A DNA stretch of 64,000 nt, taken from positions 115,136,001 to 115,200,000 of the forward strand of contig NC_086107.1 in the NCBI RefSeq assembly GCF_963921235.1. The letters are read 5' to 3'. The position numbers were made by a program, and so were the translations under genes. The notes below the pieces were generated by a model that searched no databases, was not told the origin of the DNA, and was given only the letters and a program-made list of their open reading frames with translations. How positions within the stretch are numbered: the stretch's first letter is position 1; each line of letters starts with the position of its first letter. Shown in pieces: positions 32,154-44,500 of the stretch. Source of the stretch: Mobula hypostoma. Taxonomy: Eukaryota.

Positions 32154-35100
32154 CTGGGGAAAGCAGACGGGAAAGAAAGGGGCGGGGGAGAGAGGGGAGA
32201 GTGTGGGAGAGAGGAATGGGGGGAGAAAGAAGGGGAGTGGAAAAGAGGAGACGAGGGGAAGAGAGGAGAGGGAGATTGGAACCCAGGAGATGGGCGAGAG
32301 AGGAGGAATGATCAGGTGAAGTCACACGACACGATTTCCCTCTCCCACCTCTTTCCTAACCCAACACCCCTCCTCCTCTTTCTCCCACATCCTCCCTCCT
32401 CCCTACTCCCCTTCTACTCCTTTCTTCTTTCCTCCCTCACCGCCTCTCCTCCAACTCATCTTGGCCCTCCCCATCTACTCTCCCAGTGTCCCCTTCCCCC
32501 TCCACACCTTTCCCCTCTCTACCCCTCGCTTCCTTTCTTCTGACATTTTTTCATCACACCGCCCCTGCCCCCCACCTCCCCGCTGATGCAGCCACTTTCT
32601 GGAGCTGCTGGAGGGTGTCGTTGGTGGGGGTGTATCCCTTAGCGAGGCCATCTCCTCTCTCCCATTACCCCTCTCCCCTCCGTTCTTCTCTTCCATTCCC
32701 ACTCCCCACAGTCGTTCCCACCTACTCCACCTTCCTTCTCCTCTGCTACCCCTATCTTCCTTCTCCCTCTACACGCGCCCGCCTCCAACCATTTCCCTCC
32801 CCCCTTTGCCTCCCCACCTCCCTGCTCTTCCCTTCCACGCATATCCCGTCTTCTCCAGGCCAGAGATTGTCGGGGGGGGGGGCAGTAAATGAGCTTCTGG
32901 CAGGCAGACTGCCCTCTCTTGCACCTCTCTTTCCTCGTTTTCCCCTCCCCTCCTCACTCCTTCCTCCATTCTCTACCCCTTCTCGTCTTCCATCACTCCC
33001 CCTCTCTTCCATTACTTCTCCCCCCTCCTATCCTGTCTATCCTTCTCTCCTTTCCCTCTGCTCCCACATCTCTTCTATTGCTCCTCCACCCTGTCTCCCC
33101 ACCACGATGACTTCTGCAGAAGCCGGAGTTTGTCGGTGGGGAGTGAGAATGAGTGAGCATCCCGCAGGGAGCCTCCTCCTCACCAATCCCTCCTCCCACT
33201 CATCTGCACTCCTCATCCCCTGCTTTCATCTTCCCTCGCCTCCACCTCTCCCTCCCTTTCCTCACTCTCTCCTTCCCCTCTGCTCTTCCATTTCCTCTCC
33301 TCTCCATACCCCCTTCTCTCCCTCGACTTCACTCATCTCTCTCATCTTCCTCTGTCGTCCGTCCTTCCTTCCTCTGTCTTTCCCCCCCGCCCTTCTCTCC
33401 CTCCTCTGCACCCCACCCTACCTTCGCCGTGCCCCCACCTTCTGGAGTTGCAAGAGAGTGTCGGTGGAGGGGAGTGAGGGAGTCTCCCCCAGTGATCCGG
33501 CCACCAACTGGTACAGGTTCAGCGTCGCCATCTTCACCGTGCCCAGTACTAGCGTCTGCCTCGCCGCGGTGTTCTGAATGTGTGTCCAGGCCGCATCCTA
33601 GGGTCAGGGTTCAGCGAAATATCACTACAGGCTCGGGTCAGAAGTCAGTGGGAGGTCACGGTGGTTCGGGTTCAGCAAGAGGTCACAGGCCGGAGCGGGG
33701 CACAAGGAGACTGGGGCAGTAGGAGAGGTCACGCATGGTCACGGCGCAGGAAGAAGTCAGGGAGAGATCATTGGGGATGTTGGTCAGAGAAAGACCACGT
33801 GGTCGGTCCGAGCACAGGGAGAAGTCACAGAGTGTCAGGGTTCATGGAGAGGTTGGGGGTGAGGGCAGTCAGGGTCAGGCAGAGGTCAAGAGGTCGGAGC
33901 ACATTGAAGGGCACGGAGCGTCACGGAGCAGGGAAAGGTTACGGGGTGCGGTAAGAGTAATAGGTCATCGGGGGTCAGTGTTGGAGGTCAGGGTTAGAGG
34001 TGAGTGCCGGGGTCAGGAGGCCGCGTCAATGCAAGCTCAGCGGTGACGTCAGGGGTGATGGTTCAGAGTGGCAGCGCGGGGGCGAGGTCTCAGCGGTCAA
34101 ACGTGAAGCGCTACAGGTCGGGGATCAGGGTGAGGGTACAGAGCTCAGCAGTCGAGAGTCGCGATAAGGTGACAGCGACTGGGGCTGAGGTCAGGTGTGA
34201 AGAGTTTGTGGTAAGATGTCAGAGGTTGAGGGGTCAGGATTTGTGGATCAGGGTGGTGTTTCGGAGTTGGTGGTGAGGGGTTGCAGATGAGTTGTCAGGA
34301 GTGAGAGGTCACGTCGGGGTGAGGGATCGGCACGGGCGGATCGGGGGTCAAGGTCAGGTATCAGGATGCGGTCTCCGATAATCATCCACCGGAGGTTGTG
34401 GCCGCGGGCGAAGGTCAATGGTCGGGGGTCGGGGTGAGAGTGAGATGTAGGGAACTCACCCAGCGGAGGCTGAGGCTCCGCGCCGCCTCAAGTTGGGCCT
34501 GCAGGTCGGCCAGCCGGTTGCTGAGCTGCAGTCGCTCGTCGCTCGTCTCCTCCAGGTAGCGGTTTAGCCTCGCCTTGCGGCGCTCACGCTCCTCGTGGCC
34601 TTCCTGCACCAGCCGCAGCAGCGCCTCGCGGGTGGAGACCAGCGCCCTGTACCGGACCGGCACCTCGGACAGCTCCCGGAACTGGCAGGCGGGGAGATGG
34701 AGATCAGGGATGAGGGGAAGAGATTAGGGAAAGGAGATTGAGGGGCCAGAGATCCGGCGGTAAAGGGTCAGTCGGTGAGTGGACGAGTGGATAGAGGTCT
34801 TGGGGTGAGGGGATAAAGACCAGGTGAGAGAGGTTGTGGGAATAGACTAGAGGGGCTGAGGTCAGGGGTGAAAGCCTGAAGGAGACAAAGGCCAGAGGGC
34901 AAGAGGTTGAAGCAATAGATGTCAAGAGTGAAAAGTGGAGGGGAAAGGAGGTTGAGGGGACGGAGGTCAGAGGCTGAGAGATCAAGGGGATAAAAGTCAG
35001 GGATTAAGAGGCTGGGGGAAAGTTTGAGGGAAGAAGGAACTCAGGTGGTCGAACCTGAGAGGTTGAGGGGTGAGAGGTTAGGGTAGGCGAGGTCGAGTTC

Positions 35101-38100
35101 ATAGAGATAGCGAGTGAGAAGCCGAGGGCACGGTCGACGCGAAAGGACAAGGAGATTGTGGTGAGAGACTAAAGGTAATATAAGAAGGTGAGAGGTTGAG
35201 GGTATAAAAGTTAGGGGGGAGAGGTTGACGGTAAGGAGCCGAACGTTAGACGTCAAGGAATGAGAGGCCGAGAGGATAGAAGTCACGGATAAGATGTCAG
35301 CGGTGAGAGGTCAGCGACGCTTACGGCCAGGGGCAGCACGAGAGTTCAGGGTTGCAGGCGAGGAGTCGGGTCAGTTCTGGGGTGAGAGGTCGGGGAGTGA
35401 GAGGTCGAGGTTGAGAGGCTGGGGAGGACGAGTAGTCAGAGCTGAGGGGTTGGTGAAAGGGTAGGTATGAGGAGTTAGAGTGAGAGGTTAGGTAGTGAGG
35501 GGTCGGAGGTCATGCCGTACCATGCCGCCGGGGCGCAACAAGAGCTGAACGAATTCGGGGAAGCGGGCATTGGCAGCGAGCGAGCGACGGAGCATGTCCC
35601 GGTATGCACGCAGCTCCCTGAGTCGGGCCCGCAGCTGCTCGGTCTCGATCCGCCGCTGCACTCGCAGGCGACCCTCCGTCTCCGCCCGCCACAGGGCCCG
35701 AGCACGCTTCCGCTCGTTCTCCTGGGGTGGAGCATCAGAAAGGGATGAAGCGGAGAGACAGCGGTCAAGGAGTCAGCAAGAAGTTTCAAATATTCAGGGA
35801 GCGGGATCAGGAATCCGATTGAGGGCAGGTCGGGATTCAGAGGAGGGGACCAAAAGTCAGAAGGAAAGAGGTCGGGGGGTGGGTCAGGGGTTTAGAGAAG
35901 GGGTCATGAGTCCAGAGAGTTCAAATAGTAAAGGAGAGGAATCGGTGGTCGGAGGGAGGAGTCAGGATAAGAGGAAAACGTCAGGGGTTAAAGATAAGAT
36001 AGGAAGGTCAGAGGTCAGACAGGTCGGAGTTCAGAGTGGATTAGAGAGAGTGGTCAGAAGTCAGAGAGCGGTTTCGGGGATCGGGGGGGTCAATTGGTCA
36101 AAGAGAGGGGTCAGGGTCCAGACGAAGGGATTGGTGGGTCAGAGGGAAGTGTCACAGGGCAGGGTCAGGGGTGATTAGAAGAGAGGTCGAAATGATGCAG
36201 GGCAGAGGGGGAGAGAAAAGGGGTTGTGGGACGGTTTATTGTGATAACGGGAGGGGTCGGAGGGGGAGATGAGTCGGGATCAGTATTGTACCTCCTCTCT
36301 GTTATCACAGAGTTCATCCCACCTTATCGTTCACTCCCTCTTTCGCTTTCTCCCTCCCTCCGCCCGACCATTTCCCCTCTCCCTTTTCCCCTCTCCCCCT
36401 CTCTCCCCGCACCCATCCCCTCTCCATTCTCCCCATCCCACAGCTGCCCTTTCCCTTTTCATCCTCCATCTCTCTCTTCCTCACCACATCTCCATACTCA
36501 CTCTCCCCTATCTCCCTTCTCCTCCTTCAACCTCCTCTTCCCTCTCTCCCTCTCTCCCTCTGCATTGCTCGAGCCCCGTCCCCCATCCACTACCTGAACG
36601 AAGTTGTCGAATTTGAGAATCTGCTCCTTCATCTGGTCACAACGCTTGGTAAAGTTCTGCTTCCACAGACGCATTCTTTCCATCTTAACGTTGAATTCCT
36701 GGCGGGGCAATCACGCAGATAGTCAATATTTCACTTTGTGTCCGACCCTGGGAGTGTGTGATGGGACGGTGTGGAGGGAGTTTCACTCTGTGTCTGACCC
36801 CGGGGGTGTGTGATGGGACGGTGTGGAGGGAGATTCACTCTGTGTCTGACCCCGGGAGTGTGCGATGGGACGCTGTGGAGGGACCTTCACTCTGTGTCTG
36901 ACCCCGGGAGTGTGTGATGGGACGGTGTGGAGGGAGTTTCACTCTGTGTCTGACCCCGGGAGTGTGTGATGGGACGGTGTGGAGGGAGATTCACTCTGTA
37001 TCTGACCCCGTGAGTGTGTGATGGGACGGTGTGGAGGGACCTTCACTCTGTGTCTGACCCCGGGAGTGTGTGATGGGACGGTGTGGAGGGAGACTCTGTC
37101 TTTTACCTGTCTCTGGGAGTCGAGGGCTTGGTTTATATCCATCCCGAGCCTCCTCTTGGCGAGCAGTTGAGTGGAAAGGGACAGTGAGTCATCGTGTGGA
37201 AAGTCCCTAGGTCAACACATTCCTCACTTAGTGTGTCAGACACTCCGGGGGGATCGATGGTTGATTGAAGGGGAGGGAGCGGCCACAGAACCGAAGAGGG
37301 CGGTTCACGGAGACCTGGACTGGTGTAGGGTGCGAGGGGTTCGGAAAGAGAACGATATCAGGGATGAGGGGGTCACGGTGACGGTGAGTGGTGAAGGGGA
37401 GGGAAGGGATTACGGAGACAGGGGCTGTAGACATGGGAAGGGATGCAGAGTATGAGGGGTGCAGGGGAGGGAGGTGAAACTGAGACGGAGAAGGTAGGGT
37501 GGAATAGTGACGGTGGAGGGAGTAACTGGGGAGAGCTGGAGGGAGAAAGGGGTGGGGAGGAGGGAAATCCGGTGCGTAAAGTGTTGCGAGGATGTGCGGT
37601 TGATGGAGAGGGGGAGAAGGCCAGCCGGTGTCCACTGAGATGAGGAGAGGGGAGGAGGGACGGGGAGGGGTAAGTGAGGGGAGGAGAGGGGTGGAGGGAC
37701 GGGGAGGGGTAAGTGAGAAGGGGAGGAGAGGGGTGGAGGGACGAGGAGTGGTAAGAGAGAAGGGGAGGAGAGGGTGGAGGGACGGGGAGGGGTGAGTGAG
37801 AAGGGGAGGAGAGAGGTGGAGGGACGGGGAGGGGTAAGTGAGAAGGGGAGGAGAGGGTGGAGGGAAGGGGAGGGGTAAGTGAGAAGGGGAGGAGAGGGGT
37901 GGAGGGACGGGGAGGGGTAAGTGAGAAGGGGAGGAGAGGGTGGAGGGAAGGGGAGGGGTAAGTGAGAAGGGGAGGAGAGGGGTGGAGGGACGGGGAGGGG
38001 TAAGTGAGAAGGGGAGGAGAGGGGTGGAGGGACGGGGACGGGTAAGTGAGAAGGGGAGGAGAGGGGTGGAGGGACAGGGGGGTGAGTGAGAAGGGGAGGA

Positions 38101-39850
38101 GGGACGCGGAGGGGTAACTGAGAAGGGGAGGAGAGGTGTGGAGGGACGGGGAGTGGTAAGTGAGAAGGGGAGGAGAGAGGTGGAGGGACGGGGAGGGGTA
38201 AGTGAGAAGGGGAGGAGAGGGGTGGAGGGCAGGGGAGGGGTAAGTGAGAAGGGGAGGAGAGGGGTGGAGGGAAGGGGAGGGGTAAGAGAGAAGGGGAGGA
38301 GAGGGTGGAGGGAAGGGAGGGGTAAGTGAGAAGGGGCGGAGAGGGGTGGAGGGAAGGGGAGGGGTAAGAGAGAAGGGGAGGAGAGGGTGGAGGGAAGGGA
38401 GGGGTAAGTGAGAAGGGGAGGAGAGGGGTGGAGGGACAGGGGGTGAGTGAGAAGGGGAGGTGGGACGCGGAGGGGTAAGTGAGAAAGGGAGGAGAGGGGT
38501 GGAGGGACGGGGAGGGGTGAGTGAGAAGGGGTGGAGAGGGTGGAGGGAAGGGAGGGGTAAGTGAGAAGGGGAGGAGAGGGTGGAGGGAAGGGAGGGGTAA
38601 GTGAGAAGGGGAGGAGAGGGGTGGAGGGACGGGGAGGGGTAAGTGAGAAGGGGAGGAGAGGGGTGGAGGGACGGGGACGGGTAAGTGAGAAGGGGAGGAG
38701 AGGGGTGGAGGGTCGGGGAGGGGTAAGTGAGAAGGGGAGGAGAGGGGTGGAGGGTCGGGGAGGGGTAAGTGAGAAGGGGAGGAGAGGGGTGGAGGGACGG
38801 GGAGGGGTGAGTGAGAAGGGGAGGAGAGAGGTGGAGGGACGGGGAGGGGTAAGAGAGAAGGGGAGGAGAGGGTGGAGGGAAGGGAGGGGTAAGTGAGAAG
38901 GGGAGGAGAGGGTGGAGGGAAGGGAGGGGTAAGTGAGAAGGGGAGGAGAGGGGTGGAGGGACGGGGAGGGGTAAGTGAGAAGGGGAGGAGAGGGGTGGAG
39001 GGACGGGGAGGGGTAAGTGAGAAGGGGAGGAGAGGGGTGGAGGGACGGGGAGGGGTAAGTGAGAAGGGGAGGAGAGGGGTGGAGGGTCGGGGAGGGGTAA
39101 GTGAGAAGGGGAGGAGAGGGGTGGAGGGTCGGGGAGGGGTAAGTGAGAAGGGAAGGAGAGGGGTGGAGGGTCGGGGAGGGGTAAGTGAGAAGGGGAGGAG
39201 AGGTGTGGAGGGACGGAGAGGGGTAAGTGAGAAGGGGAGGAGAGAGGTGGAGGGACGGGGAGGGGTAAGTGAGAAGGGGAGGAGAGGGGTGGAGGGACGG
39301 GGAGGGGTAAGTGAGAAGGGGAGGAGGAGAGAGACGGGAGAGCGAGGTATGATACCGAGGGAAAGAGAAAGAGATGAGGAGGGGAAGAGTCGGACGGGAA
39401 GGGGATATTGATGGGAGGAAGAGAAAGGGTGGAGGAGGAGAGAGGCGGAGAAGGGTGGAGTGAAGGCGAGGGGCAGAGAGACGGACGGAGGGAAAGGGGG
39501 AAAAGGCAGAGGGATGAGAGACGGGAATGTGGGGAGAAAGGTATTGAGACGAAGTGGGTGGGAGTGATGGGTGCAAAGACAGAGACAGGAAAGGTTGGGA
39601 GAGGCACCGGAGCTGAGAGACGGGGAGAGATGAAAAGGGGGTGGAGAGAGGCAAACGGGAGGGCGAGGGGGAAGCAGGCTATGGGAGACAGATAGGGCCG
39701 AGTGAAGGGAGAGGGGCAGAGAGGAGGGCTGTGGAGCGAGACGGGGGGTTTGAGAGATGGGGAGAGGGTGGTGTCGGGGATCATTTACTGTAACAGTTCC
39801 TCCCGGTACTGGGACCGGAAATGTTCGGACAGTCGGCGTCTGGTGTCCAT
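32058..39850 (-). CDS. CCDC42: Coiled-coil domain-containing protein 42 (CCDC42/CFAP73 family), complete 7-exon gene, 314 aa
   Basis: Exons (- strand): 39850-39789, 37206-37107, 36698-36594, 35721-35521, 34681-34460, 33597-33439, 32153-32058; total 945 nt. Translation includes LSEHFRSQYREELLQ, ENERKRARAL, RYRALVSTRE...KARLNRYLEE and WTHIQNTAARQTLVLGTVKMATLNLYQ, which match CCDC42 family motifs from memory. The paralog CFAP73 is not fully excluded. Confidence 0.85.
33439..33597 (-). CDS. CCDC42: CCDC42 exon 6 (DAAWTHIQNTAA...DTLLQLQK)
   Basis: tag| ... |gtgggg. Confidence 0.9.
34460..34681 (-). CDS. CCDC42: CCDC42 exon 5 (FRELSEVPVRYRALVST...LRW)
   Basis: cag| ... |gtgagt. Confidence 0.9.
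35521..35721 (-). CDS. CCDC42: CCDC42 exon 4 (ENERKRARALWRAETE...)
   Basis: cag| ... |gtacgg. Confidence 0.85.
36594..36698 (-). CDS. CCDC42: CCDC42 exon 3 (EFNVKMERM...KFDNFVQ)
   Basis: cag| ... |gtagtg. Confidence 0.87.
36730..37100. repeat. 52-nt satellite, about 7 copies, filling CCDC42 intron 2
   Basis: Same unit as 51085-64000. Confidence 0.95.
37107..37206 (-). CDS. CCDC42: CCDC42 exon 2 (DFPHDDSLSLSTQLLAKRR...DSQRQ)
   Basis: tag| ... |gtaaaa. Confidence 0.8.
37640..39330. repeat. ~42-nt polypurine minisatellite, about 40 copies, CCDC42 intron 1
   Basis: ggggaggagaggggtggagggacggggaggggtaagtgagaa. Confidence 0.95.
39789..39850 (-). CDS. CCDC42: CCDC42 exon 1 (MDTRRRLSEHFRSQYREELL)
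   Basis: ATG (aaaATGG context) ... |gtaaat. Confidence 0.8.
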
Positions 39851-40283
39851 TTTTTGCGTCCAGAGAGTCGATCGGTATGTCCGCCTCTCCCACCGGAACA
39901 CCGACCCCGAATCGAAAGATGCGACCCGCTCCGTCGCCTCGGCAACCGGAACGCCGATCCGCGCTCCCAGCCCGCACCCGCGACCCCGCTCCCCCTGACT
40001 CAATCCCTCACATCTCTCACCGTCCCTTCCCTCACACCCTCCTGCCCTCAGACTCCCTCTTTCAATCCTGTTCATACTCACCCCCCTCCTCTCACTAACA
40101 CCCTTCTCATCTCCCCCGGCCATCCCTCCCCATCACCTCACCTTTACCCGCACACTCGTCTCCCTCCCTCACACACTGGGAGCCAATCACCCCTCCGCCT
40201 ACATACAACACAAGGACATAAACACGTGGGAGCGAACAGTTCACGGAAAAGCCACTGGGACATGGAGAGCATATGTATCTCTG

Positions 40284-40369
40284 ACACACACACACACACA
40301 CATACACTCACACACACACTCACACACACACTCTCACACACACACACACACACACTACACACACACACT

Positions 40370-40400
<31 letters not shown>

Positions 40401-40721
40401 ACACTCACACACACACACTCATATACACACACACTCATATACACACACTCACACACACACACACACACTCATATACACACACACACACACACTCATATAC
40501 ACACACTCACACACACACACACACACTCATATACACACTCATATACACACACACACACTCACATACACACACACACACACTCACACACACTCACACACTC
40601 ATATACACACACACACACACACACACTCACACACACACTCACACACTCATACACACACACACACACACTCACACACACACACACACACTCACACACACAC
40701 ACACTCACACACACACACACT

Positions 40722-40764
<43 letters not shown>

Positions 40765-40903
40765 ACACACACACTCACACACACACACACACACTCACAC
40801 ACACACACTCATATACACACACTCACACACACACACACTCACACACACACACACACACTCACATACACACACACACACTCATATACACACACACACACAC
40901 ACA

Positions 40904-40950
<47 letters not shown>

Positions 40951-41147
40951 ACACACTCACACACACACACACACTCACACACACACACTCATATACACAC
41001 ACTCACACACACACACACTCACACACACACACTCATATACACACACTCACACACACTCACACACACACACACTCATATACACACACACACACTCATACAC
41101 ACACACACACACACACTCACACACTCATATACACACACACACACACA

Positions 41148-41204
<57 letters not shown>

Positions 41205-41308
41205 ACACACACACACACACACTCACACACACACACACACACACTCACACACACTCACACACTCACACACACACACACACACACTCACACACACACTCAC
41301 ACACACAC
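40284..41308. repeat. ~1-kb imperfect (CA)n microsatellite
   Basis: CA repeats interrupted by CT and TA. Confidence 0.95.
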
Positions 41309-41367
41309 TGCAAAACAGCCCATCTGATCCCAAGCAGACTAAAAGCACAGAGGAGGTAGTACTAGTT

Positions 41368-41373
41368 TTTATT
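41368..41373 (-). promoter_or_regulatory. Probable MTO1 polyadenylation signal AATAAA
   Basis: tttatt on +, about 36 nt past the stop codon; the GT-rich tract (on -) follows downstream. Confidence 0.6.
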
Positions 41374-41409
41374 TTGTGGTACATCAATGATAAGCTGTTA
41401 TATGGTACG

Positions 41410-41523
41410 TCAAAAGGAACAAGCATCTTTTCTGGGTGCGGCGTTTGAAGCCAATCTGACAAAGCGAAGCAGATTAACGATAGCTGCAGGAGTCATCCCC
41501 GGCAGTCGCGATGCAGCACCGAT
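41410..41523 (-). CDS. MTO1: MTO1 last coding exon ([22 protein letters not shown]...ACSF*)
   Basis: tag| acceptor, TGA stop. Confidence 0.93.
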   Translation of the reverse strand: MGAASRLPGMTPAAIVNLLRFVRLASNAAPRKDACSF

Positions 41524-44500
41524 CTAACGGAGAGAAAGACGGTCAATAATAGTGAGCAGGGGAGAGGGGTCACTGAGGGATGGTGTGAGGGAGCTGGATT
41601 AACGTCAGTGACAGTGCAGGGGAGAGGGGTCAGTGAGGGACAGTGTGGGGGAGCTGGATTAATGTCAGTGGGAATACAGCAGTGACAGGGTGCAGGGGGA
41701 GAGGGGTCACTGAGGGATGGTGTGAGGGAGCTGGATTAACGTCAGTGACAGTGCAGGGGAGAGGGGTCAGTGAGGGACAGTGTGGGGGAGCTGGATTAAT
41801 GTCAGTGGGAATACAGCAGTGACAGGGTGCAGGGGGAGAGGGGTCACTGAGGGATGGTGTGGGGGAGCTGGATTAACGTCAATGGGGATACAGTCAGTGA
41901 CAGTGCAGGGGGAGAGGGGTCAGTGAGGGACAGTGTGGGGGAGCTGGATTAACGTCAGTGGCGATACAGCAATGACAGGGTGCAGGGGGAGAGGGGTCAC
42001 TGAGGGATGGTGTGGGGGAGCTGGATTAACGTCAATGGGGATACAGTCAGTGACAGTGCAGGGGGAGAGGGGTCAGTGAGGGACAGTGTGGGGGAGCTGG
42101 ATTAACGTCAGTGGCGATACAGCAATGACAGGGTGCAGGGGGAGAGGGGTCACTGAGGGATGGTGTGGGGGAGCTGGATTAACGTCAGTGACAATGCAGG
42201 GGGAGAGGGGTCACTGAGGGACAGTGTGGGGGAGCTGGATTAACGTCAGTGGCGATACAGCAGTGACAGGGTGCAGGGGGAGAGGGGTCACTGAGGGACA
42301 GTGTGGGGGAGCTGGATTAACGTCAGTGGGGATACAGTCAGTGACAGTGCAGGGGGAGAGGGGTCACTGAGGGATGGTGTGGGGGAGCTGGATTAACGTC
42401 AATGGGGATACAGTCAGTGACAGTGCAGGGGGAGAGGGGTCACTGAGGGATGGTGTGGGGGAGCTGGATTAACATCAATGGGGATACAGTCAGTGACACA
42501 TGATACTGGGAGACAGAGGTCACAGGGACGATGTGACAGGTCCCAAGAATAAATTACCCACCGTCTGGGGCCGGGTGAACTCGAGGAGCTCTCGCACCTC
42601 CTGGGACAAAGACACCTTCACGCTGTGGTAGTCAAGATCCTCAGGAAGCCTCATTTCCTCGTCTCTCCTCACCTCCTCCATCTCCTGTTGCTGTAGCAGC
42701 AGCAGGCCCTGATAAACAGCTGCGGGGAGGAAGAGGGCGTGAATGAGGGAGAACAGGAGGGAGGATGGAGTGAGGGAGAATAGGAGGGAGGGAGGATGGA
42801 GTAAAAGGGAGGGGAGGGAGGATGGAGTGAAGAGGGGGAGGGGAGGGAGGGAGGATGGAGTGAGGGAGTATAGGAGGGAGGGAGGGAGGATGGAGTGAAG
42901 GGGAAGGGAGGAGTGAAGGGGTAGAGTGGTGGGTAGGGCAGAGTGGGAGCAGATTGAGAGGGAAAGGGAAGGGGTAGGAAGAGAGGGATTTGTGTCTCCC
43001 CATTCACTCACCCTCAATCTTGAATCTGTCAGCGAGTTGCCCCTCGGTAGGAAGGGAACCAAGAGAGTGTGGGAGGGCGTCCACCAGGGTCCTCAGCTCC
43101 ACCCCTGGCTGGCGTAGCATTTCCAAAGCACTGAGGGAGGGGGCAGTGAGAGGTCAGGTGACAGGTCCGGGGTCAGACACCTCCCCTCACACATCCCATC
43201 CTCTTCCTACTCACTCTCCCACCTTGCCTTCCCTCTCCCTCAATCCCCCTCTTTCCTACCACATATGCCCCTCTCCCCATCTACCACCTGCCCCCTCCAT
43301 CAATACACACCTCACTTCTCCATCCCGTCTCATCACTCTGTCTCCGTTCCCTCCACCTCCCCCATCCCACGCAGTCTCTTCATGCTCACACATTGCCTCC
43401 CCATCACTACATCCTCAGCTTCCTTCTCTGCCCACACCCTCTCTCCACCTCCCCCTGCACCCAGCTGCCTCTCGGTTCCCCCTTCCTTCACCATTCCTTC
43501 CCCACCCTCCCGGCCCCATTTATTTTCCACATCCCATGACTCTCATCTCTTTCCTAACTCCCATCTACACATCTCACCCCTCCCAACCCACATTCTCTAC
43601 CCTTCCCCCAATCTCAGCTACACCTCCTCCCCAACAGGGGCCCCACATTCACTGATCCCACTACGCTGAGCAGGTGTGTGGCTGCACAGTAACCGAAATG
43701 CTTACGCGCACATACCCTTTGCTACCGCAAAGCTGGAATTTTGTTAGCTGCTGTTAATATAATTTTGGCATCTAGGTTAATATAATTGTCAAATACCCTG
43801 AAATTAATGTGTTAATGAATATAAATTTTCTAGACATCACTGAGGTCCCAAGAATAAATTACCCACCGTCGAGTAACTCCCGCACCTCCTGGGACCTAGA
43901 CACCTTCACGCTGCGGTAGTCAGGATCCTCAGGAACATACCACAACTTTTACTCTGAAATGTTTTGAGTTTCAACCTATTTACATTGTCAGTGTTTCAAG
44001 TTACAACACTGTTGGAAATTGCAACAATAAACACAGAATGGAAGTCGGTAGCTCATTGTTAATGAACTGCTGGCCTGCTGAACGCCAATGCCATCTAGGT
44101 CAAACATTTTGCTTTTGCCATTGCGCCTGCCAGTTGTTTTGACTGCCTAACATCGTTTACTTGAGTTGTGAGCTGTGGTTTGTGTTTGTCTGATATGCAT
44201 ATTACAAAAGAAAATTTAAGTGTAAAAAGATCTGGCTCAGAGTAATAGTTGGTCTGTGCAGCTGTAAATAAATTAGAGGGAACGTTGTCTGCATCCCACT
44301 GACCTGGGCCGGTCACTGCGCTCTGGGCTGACCTTTGTCTCCGGCAGGAGGCGTAGCCATTGGGTGCCTGAGTAACAGACGGACTTGAGGGTAGCCAATC
44401 CGTGCTCGAGGGCCTGACTGACACGCAGAGCCTCCTGCTGCCGCTTCCGGGACACACAGCCCGCCTCCGCGTAACCTGACACAACAGAATAGGTCAGAGG

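Noticed and set aside
32486..33577. 363-aa + strand ORF
   Set aside because: Low-complexity antisense read of the CCDC42 intron 6/exon 6 region
33600..35500. Recurrent ggtcag/gggtca motifs as a regulatory array (also at 13830-14200)
   Set aside because: Irregular low-complexity intron sequence with no defined unit; function cannot be supported
37228..39977. Three 800+ aa Pro/Ser/Leu-rich ORFs on the minus strand
   Set aside because: All three frames are open only because the C/T-rich 42-nt minisatellite lacks stop codons; the region is CCDC42 intron 1
39821..41359. 512-aa His/Thr-rich ORF
   Set aside because: Translation of a (CA)n microsatellite
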